DNA of 64,000 nucleotides from Perkinsus olseni (Eukaryota): NCBI GenBank assembly GCA_013115125.1, contig JABANN010000123.1, positions 1 to 64,000 of the forward strand, read 5' to 3'. Shown piece by piece: positions 47,560 to 64,000 of this stretch (position 1 is its first letter; each line of letters starts with the position of its first letter). The notes under the pieces were generated by a model. It saw only the letters and a program-made list of their open reading frames with translations, ran no database searches and was not told where the DNA came from. The position numbers and the translations under genes were made by a program.

Positions 47560-48894
47560 CTCGGGAACAACCTCGGCTGACCCGCGCACTTAAACACACA
47601 CTTGCAGTAGCCTTATTTCGACCTCCCTGTTCGGCGGCGTTCCTACCCTATCCGTGAGACTGCGAACTCAAAACCCTTGGGCGCAGCTATGGAAGCGAAA
47701 GATGTTGGGAATGAGTTTCCTTGATTACTCGGAGAACAGAGTTCAACCGTGCTACAGAAATTCCTCGGAATCAATCCTGTCGAGCTGAGCGAACGGAACT
47801 TGAGTAATACAGCAGGACAAGCACGAGGTGCGCGGAGGAGAGTCCCGTCCTGCCTAGTGCGATGAATAATACTCATTGAATGACAACTAAACGTTCGTAA
47901 CGTAACGTTCGTTGCTTTGACCAGAGGAACTTAGCCTGACAACTCCATTGTAGTCCTCCCTCTACTTCATTCCATTAGATGGTCTACAGACCGCGAGAAG
48001 ATAATACACAGGCACGAGACGGCCAATCCTGAATAGACACCGCTTTAGAAGTGGCGCTTTTCTCCGAGCCGCTTGTAGTGGCCCCCTAGTAGGCCCCCCC
48101 AGTCATGTGACTTCGAATCACTGCTTTGGAGTTTCACCTGTTTAACGCGTAAAACAGTTAAACGCGATGTGTTCTTCGCGAAGTACGCGATGTGTTGTAT
48201 TGCAACAACACTTCGCGTCATAACGCGCGCGTAAACCGCTAACGAAATAACGCGTCATTATGTGTTTACCGCGTTACGCGAAATGTTAAACGTGTTAAAC
48301 ACACACAACGCGAGGATAACTCATTAAATAAGAATAGCTGAGTCATGAAAACAAGCAGCAGAAGTTCACTTGAGCAGAGCTGGGGATAAGCCTCTCAGGA
48401 TGGTTTGCGTTCTCAGATATTCTGAATCAGAATTTCCATTGATTTCGATTCCCTCCATCAACAAACTGGTACTAGGCCTGCAGCTTAGTTCCTATCAGCT
48501 ATATTCCTTCTGATGCTATTAATTGTGATAGCAGTGTGATTTGCCCTTCACGCGTTATTGCAACGCGTTACAGATGACGATATGTTCAACACCTGGACGT
48601 TTTTCGCGTTCTGACCTCTAATATCAGCCATTTCGCGATGCGTTATGCGTCTTACTCTAGCGTTTTGCATAACATGGGTGGAACTCCTTTGAACGTTGAA
48701 CCGAGCCCGATCTCTGTCGCCTGGGCGACTCATCCCCGGATCGCACTGCGATCATCGCGGCCCTGCCGGTGAAATGTAGAGTTAAACGTGATATACGTAC
48801 ATTACCTTGACCTCTCGCATACAGTAGCTGTGAGGCACTGGCTCACCTCACGCGAGAGCCTGGGTCGCTGTTGCTCACGCCAGCCGGGAGAACT

Positions 48895-49175
48895 CGTGAA
48901 TTTCGAGTGGGACATTGTCCCGCTCGAAATTCACGTGTGTGAACTTTCCCGCTTGTCAAGCGGGAAAGTTCACACACGAAGTTAGACTAATCTGATTAAT
49001 AATTAATCATTGATTCAAATCGGGCCGGTTTGATGAATATTATTCACTATTACTTAGTAATAATTACTATAATAGTGAAAATCTTCACAATTACAGTGAT
49101 AGTGATCAACATCTTCACATTGTCACTCAGTGACAATGTGAAGATGTTGACAGTCACTTGGCAGTGACAGTCAAC
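48895..49175. repeat. Cluster of long palindromes with 1-nt spacers
   Basis: 48895-48935 (20-bp arms, 1 mismatch), 48934-48978 (22-bp perfect), 49106-49150 (22-bp perfect). Confidence 0.95.
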
Positions 49176-49575
49176 GAAACTCTCGTTCGTCTAAATGCAG
49201 GACTACTACTGTAAACCTCGCAATGCGAGTCTCGCATGGGCACAAAACTAACTCAGCACGCTATCGTAGGCTTGGAGAATGTACCAGCTGCAACGTTTGG
49301 TCCCAAATTTGTATCGCAAGAATACCAGACACTTGAGATTCAGGCTCAGGCTGGAGTTGCGGCAAGGTTGCAAGCAGAGCGGTAGTTGTCACTCGAAAAA
49401 CTTGACGTTTAGAAAGTGCATCGCGTTTTTGACTTCACATCGAGAGCCGCGTCCACGAACGTCAGTGTTGTCAATGCACACCTACAGGTAAGCCAGCGAG
49501 CTACATAGAATGCGGGCAATGGAACAGTGTCAACGGTCGATGAGAGTTTTCGCTACTACCTCAATAAGTGGGCCT

Positions 49576-50632
49576 CTAGTGTCTTCTCGTGTAGAAATAG
49601 GGATCCCTGGGCTCTGTTCTCTGCGGCAAGTGCACGGGTGAAGGAATGAAAGGATTATCGACCGACGACGTCCGGGGTCTCCCCGGTGGCAGAACGGGCC
49701 GTGGCGACGCTCCTGGTCTCTGACCCACGGTATCCCACAGCACTGTCGTACTCTCTTCGAGCTGATCCCAGGGGATCGGGTCTTGAGCCTCAGCGTGCTG
49801 TGACTGAACCAAGGAGAGCGGGAGGAGTGAGAGCTGCTACCAATGAAGTAGCGCAGTGGGTAGCATTTGCGATAGTTTTGAATATCTCTGTCTCTCATAC
49901 GGGACTACTTACACCTGGATCACCCCGCATCCAGTGCTCTTCGCGGCTGCGGCTGCGGCTGCGGCGCGGACTGCGACTGCGCGACAATCGGCGAACATGC
50001 GATCCAGACCTCGGCCGGGAGTTGTCCCAGCTGAGAACGAGGGGAAAAGGATTTGAGTTATAGTTCAACACTCGTGAGTGAACGACACATGCTATGGGGA
50101 AACGCTCGTACAAGATTACGAACTACAGCTCATGACCAACCTCCTTTCGCTGAGTCGATCGGTCTCTTGCTTCGGCATAAGCGGCAACGGAGCCAACACG
50201 CGTTCAGGAGGTCGGATCCCAACCGCTGCTCTGAAGAGCGCAACAACGGAAGAGTCTGCCATTGTACGCTGCGCAGCCTGATGAGAAGGACAACTCGGCC
50301 AGACCCAAGAAAATCTACTAGCTCACATCTAAAAGACGGTGTAAGCCGTTATCTACGCAGCCACCATCTTCTTGTACTGCATCGGTGAAGTTCTGGCCAA
50401 ACACCTTGTACGCCCGTACCGCGTCGGACACCGACGGATCGGCAGTATCCGTTCCGGCTCTATACACCACGCCGCATTTCCACCGTCCCCCACTTTCCGT
50501 CCTGTACTGCTTTTGTGGGGGTGCCATAGCGAGGGCTACTGGCAGGTCAGGGAGAGGCCTGACGAGAGACCACAAGCAACGTAATGTGAGTAGCCCCGCA
50601 TGCAACATCGGAGGCGAGTCGTAGCCGTTCAT
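49576..50632 (-). CDS. Hypothetical multi-exon protein with short RS tract; boundaries approximate
   Basis: Exon-like frames YRTESGGRWKCGVVYRAGTD... and RRLSRSRSPRRSRSRSREEH, with plausible splice sites. Confidence 0.35.
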
Positions 50633-50824
50633 GCTAGTGGCATGAATCGTACGATTCAATCGTACGAATTTCGTGGCATGATGCCACGGGTGATCAAATT
50701 CCGATACTCCGGGATCCAGATGTACGAAGGTGCTCTGGGGACAAAGATGAAAACTAGATCACGGTCCTCTGGTCGCCAAACTCGCGGCGTTGCATGCCAC
50801 GTTAATCCTTATAGGAGGAAGCAA

Positions 50825-50967
50825 TTCAACGGAGTCCGTTGAACGGACTACAATGAGCTGGTGGACCAGGGAGTCCCTGGTCCACCAGCTCATCGGTGGA
50901 CGGCATCTAGGACCTACGTAGGACATCTAGGACCATCCACCAGCTTAGGGTCCCTGGCAGGGACCCT
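50825..50967. repeat. Second cluster of palindromes with 1-nt spacers
   Basis: 50825-50843 (9-bp arms), 50853-50893 (20-bp perfect), 50947-50967 (10-bp perfect). Confidence 0.95.
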
Positions 50968-51769
50968 GCGGATGGAGCAGTTGACAGGAACTCACTGAAA
51001 TATTATATAATCACTGCCAGAGTCTTCCCGGAAAGTGGATCGAATTCTGTCCGGACTGCCATTCACCGCAGTAGGCTCGAAATGAAGCCGAGCAAGTCTC
51101 TCAATCAGCCGAGCATAGATTTGGAACCTCGAGGGATCCTTAATTGGGAACCAGAAGATCGCCTGGTCGTGGTTATCATCGCCTTGAAAAAGCTTAGATA
51201 CTCAACAAGTACTCGCGGTGCCTCTTACGTGTAGTGGCTGTCCTCCATACACCGCTGTCGTCCCAAACCAGCTGGGCAGTAGCCATTAGGGCGAGAGCAA
51301 CTGATACTACACCATTCATGACTCCAAAAACCGTAGAGTAGACTTCTGAATCAGGAGTCTATCGGGGCCCGATAATCGGGCAGATGAGGCGGTTAGTTAC
51401 CCACTCGAAGGTCTCAAATTAACGAGTTAAGAGGAACAGCAAATAGTCGAGGTATCGTACGGGTCACCCGATACTTTCCGAGATTTCAAGCCTGACTCAG
51501 CATTGTATGTTGACCGAAAAGTGGTTATTGTCACCTATCCAGTGAACGCAAGCCACCGTGCATAGCCATATGTCTCAGTAGTTCCTCACCGTTACAGTTC
51601 CAGAGACGCACCGAATCATCTTGGGGCAACATCATGGGTCTTCCCTCTTTATTTTTCATATCTTCACGCGTGCGACTAGCATTACAAGTATTGCAAGATT
51701 CCAAGTTTCGGCAAGTGTTACAACACCGTAAATCGTTCAGCGCACGCTCTACTATGTGTGTTGTCATGA

Positions 51770-53456
51770 ATGACCTGCCTCGTCAAAGTGCTTCTCCTCT
51801 ACTTCGTGGAACATGCATTTTCATGTGGCTATAACCAGCGTATCTGGGCGATCTTCCCGGGTAAGAGACTGGGGCCGCGTAAACAGTCGCTGAAGGCACT
51901 AGTCCAATACCGTTGTCTGTACCTGTCTTCTGGCAGGAAGCGATCAAGAGATGCCTGCCGTCATAACATCAGTATTCACGGATACGTTTGAGGTTGTTTG
52001 GGAGGAGTCTAGATGGTACGCAAGGTCCTGTGCTCTCACTCGGGCTCGCCACTACGGTGAGGGACCCATACTGCATGTGTTCGTTACACCCTGACCGTCT
52101 ATCGCGAGAAAACTCACTCGTGCATCTATTCGACAACCCTGGAGAACTTGCTATGCAATGGAAACTATACTGCTGGGCTCGGCACACCCAGGTCCTGGAG
52201 CGATGTTCATGCGAGAGTGTAGGTATTGTCGGATCGAGGGCAACGACAAGTCAGCATGTACAGTAAGGAAGGAGGATGCCAGGGATGAGCTCGGCCCGTG
52301 CAAGACAATTAGTGGAGGCCCCAGTTTGGACGATGAAGGCAGCAGCTCGGATGAGACGGTCCGCTGTAAGCCACCAGTCGATGAGTCTATCGTTCCCCTC
52401 CGAGGACGCCCCTGTATCTATACCTTTCATTGCAGCGTCACTTGATGGCAATAGCGGACTGCCAACAGCTGTACTGATCTCGATACTCGGTGGTGGGCTC
52501 GTCCTGTTCTTTGTAAGTATAGTAACTCATGGTCTGGCCAAGGCTAGCCATCCTTGTAGGGAGCGGTTTACTTCTGCATGCGGAGTAGCTTGAAGCTGTC
52601 CGATTCGCCGAATAACCGAACGATGGGCCGACCAGTCGCCGAGGCACCGATCGACATCGACGGATTGGGTAGTAAGATAACTAAGCCTTCTGCTGTGCGG
52701 ACTTCGGGCAAAGTAATGACTACTCTCGGCAAGCCTCGCCATTCCTCGCTGGTCATCAGGCGGCCGAAGAACCTCTGAGCGTTAGAACAACTCCTAGGTT
52801 GCCGCTGCCCGGCGAAGGACCCGCGGTAGTGGTACGTGTCGGTGTCGGCATTTGGCTCACTCAGTCGTCAGGCTCGTCGGCTTTCGGAAACACGGCGGAG
52901 TTCGCTCCCGAGTAAGTGTACTGTGGCGTTGGCTGAGTCTAGCTGCGGCTGGCCCAGGTGCAGGTCATGCGGTGGAGCAGCAGTATAGGCCTGAGCTTTA
53001 CGAGAAACGTAGTAGTGCTCCTAAGACGCCTACGTGTACGACGCACTGGTGTCTAGGCCGGCGATCCAGCGGCAGCTTGAGTACGATGGAGTACAGGCAA
53101 CTAAAGGGCATATTAACAGAGTGCGCGGGAATAACAAATCTTCTTCCCTAGCGCCTTGTGTCCAGGCAAGAGAGGCGATCTAGCATAGATGTGGCCAACT
53201 TGAGAGGAGGCAGTTCGGCTAGTCTTGGTGGTAGTCGTCTGCTTCGGTCAATGCTTCGACCAGTGGCGGTCTTTCAGGTCCTCGAAGGTCGTCGGTGACT
53301 TCCGTAGTATCATCGCGACGCGGGTCTTTGGCCTCCAACGCAGCATCGCGCCGTCCTTCTCGTGTACATCCTCTAGCCATAGACCGATTCTCGAGCTCAC
53401 GAAGGGAGTCCCTGCAAGATGAGGGAGCTGCTTCCCGACGGAACTCCCTCGGCTGA
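51770..53456 (+). CDS. Type I membrane protein A: signal peptide, Cys-containing ectodomain, TM helix, RRxS-rich tail
   Basis: MTCLVKVLLLYFVEHAFSCGYNQRIWAIFP, YCRIEGNDKSACTVRKEDAR...C, TM GLPTAVLISILGGGLVLFF, tail RRSS/RRGS/RRPS/RRES/RRNS*. Confidence 0.65.
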
Positions 53457-53462
53457 GGCTTC

Positions 53463-55252
53463 ATGCCGTTCATGCGTTCTCGTTTATTGGACACTATGCA
53501 GTCGTTAATGATGATGTTGAGTTTCGGGAAAGTTGGTAGGGCCGGATTTCAGTATGTTATCCCCTTCATGCAGAAAGCGTTGGTCAGAGTATTGAGTATA
53601 GGACTGGCCATCCCTAGTGTATTGGGATGCCGCTACAACGAACGCGTGCGGGCTGTATTTCAACGTAGTAGTCACGGGCCGGTGATACAGATATAGATGC
53701 AGCGTGAAGGAGCTTCTCTCCGTACTTCTCTGAGCCCTGGGACTGAGGAGTAAAAATCGATGCTTCAGGGACTGGTCAAGAGATGTCCGCTATTGTTCTC
53801 AACGTCTACCAAGACACTCTGGAGGTTGTATGGGAGGAAGCCAGATGGTAGTAGTGGTCGGGTGAGGGGGTCGGTACTAGTGCTGTGTCTGATGCGTTGA
53901 GGAATCATCTGTGTCGTCGGTAGTGGACAGCGCCGTGTTGGAGTAATGGTCGTCACTAAGGCCGATTTATTTATCAGGTACTGCAATATTCAGGGTAACG
54001 ATAAGTCGCACTGCATAGTGAAGAAGACAGAGGCTCGGAACACCCAGGGAGAGTACTGCCGTCAGCCGTCAGTAGGATCGGGTACCGATGGTGATGGGGA
54101 TTTCGATGGTGGTGGAGCCGAGCTAGGTGAGAGCTGAGGACTCCTCAGCGAGGAGTCGTCAAGTAGGAGTTGTTGAATATCTTCAGATCCCTCTGGGGAT
54201 GGCGGTCTCTCCAGCGTCATCGTTGTAGTCATCACAGCAGCATCTGTGCTCGTATTCTGCGTAAGGCCAGTACTGTGGCTCGCTTTGGCGACTTTTCTTC
54301 TGGCGACTCTCAGGGCTGCATCTATCTCTGCATACGCCGTAGCGCCGAGTCGCTTGACTTGAGCTCGCCTAAGAATGGGGCAGCCTACAAGCTAGGCCGA
54401 GGCTTCACGGAGACCATCTCCCGGATGTTAAAGGAAAACGACGAAGTATCACAGCACGTTCATTATCGTCGTGGGAGGGGTTTTATTTCTTCCACTACTC
54501 CGCGGCGTGGTCCGCTTGATCGCGCGTCGTAAGTTCAGCGCTGTGGAATGTTAGGTCAAGCCTGTTGTTAAGGACGCTGAGAACCCAGACCTGCCGGAGG
54601 TAACGCCAAGAATATCTATCACGCCGTCGCATTTGGATGTGAGAGCTTCGTCAGCGAAAGAGGATTCAAGGCCGAACGATGCCAGTACTCCCACTCGGGA
54701 AGGGTTAGCCGGGTTGATGGATGCCTTCAGGCCGGAAGTCTAGTGCTGCGATAAGTGGCGAGGAGATGCAGCGGATTCGAGATGCTGCGGCGTAAGGGCA
54801 GGAAGCAGGATGGGTGTCCCCTCTGTGAACCGTATTCCTAGGGCGTTGGCCGGAGCTCAGACGCTGGCTACTGACGAGTCGAGCAATGTTAGCTATCGTA
54901 ACGGGGGAGCATCGGTTTCAGGTAGGAGAAGTGCATTCGGGGGTATTCGATCTCGGAACCTTTCATCCAAATGCTGCGTGCTCCTCCCATTGAACTGATA
55001 AGTACTTTCGTAGGTTCTCGCCGAGGCTCTGTAGTACAGTCCCGACGAGCATCGCTAGTCCCAGGGGCAGCGCCCTCCAGAAAGCTCTCGGTTGCTTCCG
55101 ACAACTTCCGCATGCCTGGAGAACCTCACGTGCAGCAGCCGATGTTCTCATCCTCGCCGCCTTCAAGACGGTCGTCGCTGATTGCCGCCCGGTATGGTGG
55201 GGGATCTAGAAGGGCCTCGGCGGCACGCCCTAGTCTTCATCCACCTGCTTAG
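53463..55252 (+). CDS. Type I membrane protein B, tandem paralog of A (start could be 53497)
   Basis: LGCRYNERVRAVF, YCNIQGNDKSHCIVKKTEAR...C, TM GLSSVIVVVITAASVLVF, tail RRGS/RRAS/RKLS/RRSS/RRAS*. Confidence 0.65.
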
Positions 55253-55440
55253 CCATGTTATCTTACCGACAGCCATGTTCCAGCAGATGTCTTTGTTACC
55301 AGCTTAATGGTTGCGTTCTATTGTCGGCAAAATCCAGGGAAGGGTGGTGGCCGGTAGACCTCTACACAATGCGCGAAAATCCTATATTTCCATCCGTTCA
55401 TTCGAGGGTACGTAGGGCTACTTGTAACCTTTCGTAATTT

Positions 55441-61375
<5,935 letters not shown>

Positions 61376-61611
61376 TCTGGTTGGGCAGCTCAATGTGTTA
61401 TGGACAACTGTGGGGGAGTACAGGCTTGTATGAAAGTTGAAAACACTATTCCACCTACTACAACTAGAAGACGTAAAATGTTACGATGTTGCGTTCCTTG
61501 ACTTCCATCATCACCGGTTTTGAGAGTTGCGCTGTTGTTATTGGAGGTGGTCCCGCCGATTGCAGCTGTTATTTCAAAATTTCCTCTGTTTTGTATCCGC
61601 CGGAGAGCAGC

Positions 61612-62585
61612 ATGCAACGAAGGCGTGGCGGGTCGAGTCCGGTGAGCGGCGGACCGTCTAGCGAACTCGGTACCCCGAGCACACGCCCGCGGGCAGTGAG
61701 CATCATGTCTGTGCGAGTCCTCGTGATGCTTTTCGTAAGCTCGAAAGGTCTTTTCTCCTCCCAGTCCTGTGAGTCTGGTTCGACGTTCAGGCCCTGTTCC
61801 CGATCGGAGGCATCATTCTTGCCTACTACTCTGCCATCAAGCATGGTCAGGTAGCAACGAGCTCCGCTCATGCCGCAGCATAGTTCGCGATTGAGCTCAT
61901 GCCGAAGTTCAGGTTGACTACCCCTATTTGTACATATCGACTGTTATCCAATGGGACCCTTCAAGGATTTACGGTGCCTTCGGCATGGCAATGGTGAGGT
62001 TGCATCCTTGCTTAATGCCGCTAGTCAGCATGGTTCAGTCCATGATCTCAGGCCGCAGTCCTCTTCGGTGTGTTCGCGTACGCTCGACTGGCCTTTGTGG
62101 AGTACCGTATCGCCGCTGATGATCGGCGGACGCAGATAGCGCAAACCATTACGAAGGCTGCCACTTTTGCTACGATTCTCGGGATGGTTGGAGTGGCGTG
62201 CATACCGTTCTATCGCATGCCCGTTACTCATCTTGTCTTCGCCGTGACCTTCTTTGTTTCGGCTGTTGTTGTTGCGGTTTGTGCGTTGTTCGTCGATTAC
62301 AAAGTCACTGGAGGATGGACTACGATGATACGGGTCCGAGCTCTGCTTGTGTGTTGTACGTTACTTTTTTCGGTCATTCTGGGCCTCGTGGTTCTCTTCT
62401 GGCCCTTCGTCGGCTCGGTCATGGAAGTGCTAGCGGTTTTCTGTTGCTTCTTATTTGTCGCGACATACGCAGTCGATATGGGTGACTACGACGTGGTCGT
62501 GAACGTCCGGCGCCGGACTGGTGGCGATTGCGCCTTCAGTCCTGTGGAACTCGACGGTTTCCGCGCTACCTGCGTGAACTCGTAG
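61612..62585 (+). CDS. Frag1/DRAM/Sfk1-like multipass membrane protein
   Basis: YPYLYISTVIQWDPSRIYG motif, GMVGVACIP, VTHLVFAVTFF, SVMEVLAV; about 6 hydrophobic segments. Confidence 0.65.
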
Positions 62586-63132
62586 GCCCCATTGGGGATG
62601 TTTTCTCTTACGCGTGTACCATATCGCCGAGCGGGGCGTTGTGTTGAATGGGTGTGGTGCATTTATCCTAAAAGTAAAAAGATCTTCCTTACAATTTATT
62701 CAACACGAAAGGAAAACCTTTTCCAAGCTATTCATCGCGTTGGAGGTATTGCCCGCTGCAGTGATTCGGTCCATGAGGAATGCGGTAGATGCTCGCGACG
62801 GTGGCAAGCTCTGGCTAAGTAATGTTTCCGTCGTGCTTCAGAAGCGAATCCTTGACGAAACTGAACAGTCTCGTCTGACGAGAGATGCACATCGCAAAGG
62901 GAGACGAGACGGGTGTTCACAATCGCACTCAAACCGCCATGCGCACTCAATCGGCAAGCGGAGTCTCCCCGTTGAGGACCGAGAAGGGCTGAGAATTTGG
63001 CACGGAGTTGGCATGTGCGGTGGCCGATCATTGTTCGTCTCCAAGTCGGGCGCAGGCACTGGTGTGAATGGGTCGGCTGGCTGGCCGTTGAACTCAACCG
63101 GCCATGGTCTCCAGTTAGTCTTGTTTCTTACT

Positions 63133-63537
63133 ATGAAGCGTGTGACTTTCGTCCTGTGTGTCTGTCTGGTGTACGTAGCGATAAGTGGAAGAGCAACGCG
63201 AGGACTTCCACGCAGCCATTCCAACGGCCCGCCTTTGCAAGAGACAGAGCGTAATCGCACTGCTTCTGAGCTCGAGTACAGACGTTGGACACCTGACGAT
63301 ATGATGGTGAAAAGGCCAATGAGTAGAATCAGGAAGGGCCGTAGATTTGTTGCAGTTGATCCCCACGCCCCATCCACAAGAGTAAGATTTCTCCCTGCCT
63401 ACATCCGGGGCAGGTTTAAGGTGCGCTCCTTAGCTTCTGCTCATCTTTCAGAATGTCGTGGGTTTTGTGGAGTCGAAGGAAGAACCTCTTCTACCGCAGT
63501 GCGTCTGGTCTGCTCTGTAGGGCTACGCTGGATGTGA
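63133..63537 (+). CDS. Possible secreted hypothetical protein (likely spliced further downstream)
   Basis: Signal-peptide-like start MKRVTFVLCVCLVYVAISG inside the 307-codon ORF. Confidence 0.35.
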   Translation: MKRVTFVLCVCLVYVAISGRATRGLPRSHSNGPPLQETERNRTASELEYRRWTPDDMMVKRPMSRIRKGRRFVAVDPHAPSTRVRFLPAYIRGRFKVRSLASAHLSECRGFCGVEGRTSSTAVRLVCSVGLRWM

Positions 63538-64000
63538 AGCCTTGAATGCTCATGCTAAGTGTTGTCGTCAATTCGTTTGAATCCGTTGACGAAAAAGTAT
63601 AATTGTAGGGGGCGTTGTATAGAGTCGTTGTATAATTCGACGTATCATTCTAATCGAATAAATCGGAATAAACTGCGTGAGAATCGGAAAGTGGCTTGCC
63701 CGCGGGCCCATGAAAGCTATCCAGGATTACTAGTTAAGCAGCCACTCTGACCCTCTGAAAAGAATGGACATTACTCCTTGCTATCAGACCAGAGAAACAA
63801 CGTCGAACTGCTACTTTAATTTATATATCCTATGTCATGGTACTGGAGGATTGGCAGAACAGGAAAGTAGGCTCGGCAATGTTTCCGAAGGCCCTTGAGG
63901 ATGTAAGTGTCAATCACAACCAAGCTCCATCCTATTAGTGTGAGAATCCGGAAATGCCGCTGTATGAGAGCGCCGATCGATTCGCCAGGGGCGCTCGTTC

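Noticed and set aside
62614-63132. 5' part of the 307-aa ORF
   Set aside because: Starts at a non-ATG codon and looks non-coding. Only the part from ATG 63133 resembles a protein start.

Overview
Gene-dense eukaryotic DNA with many short (mostly 45-110 nt) GT-AG introns. The intron style, the alveolate-type ATP synthase gamma and spliced-leader-like 5' motifs suggest a perkinsid/dinoflagellate-lineage alveolate such as Perkinsus (inference). The ORF track mostly shows exon fragments, so the gene models were spliced by eye and internal exon boundaries are approximate. Recognisable genes: EFG1, an ankyrin protein, symplekin, RAD9, tRNA isopentenyltransferase, an EF-hand protein, a PAM2-motif protein, ATP synthase gamma, a UbiA/MenA prenyltransferase, a WW-ankyrin protein, PRP22/DHX8, a DRAM/Frag1-like protein and tRNA-Pro(AGG). 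The main find is a family of seven paralogous genes that I cannot assign to a known family (six in tandem at 6.3-12.5 kb, one at 39.6-40.8 kb). They share a hydrophobic leader exon, a phase-2 intron, a lipobox-like [LIFM]-x-G-C motif, a variable S/T/acidic stalk and a four-cysteine C-terminal domain. Also notable: long palindromes with 1-nt spacers in non-coding DNA, a candidate structured RNA beside a tRNA 3'-half at about 15.1 kb, a tandem pair of receptor-like proteins with RRxS-rich tails, and an apparently duplicated UbiA domain.
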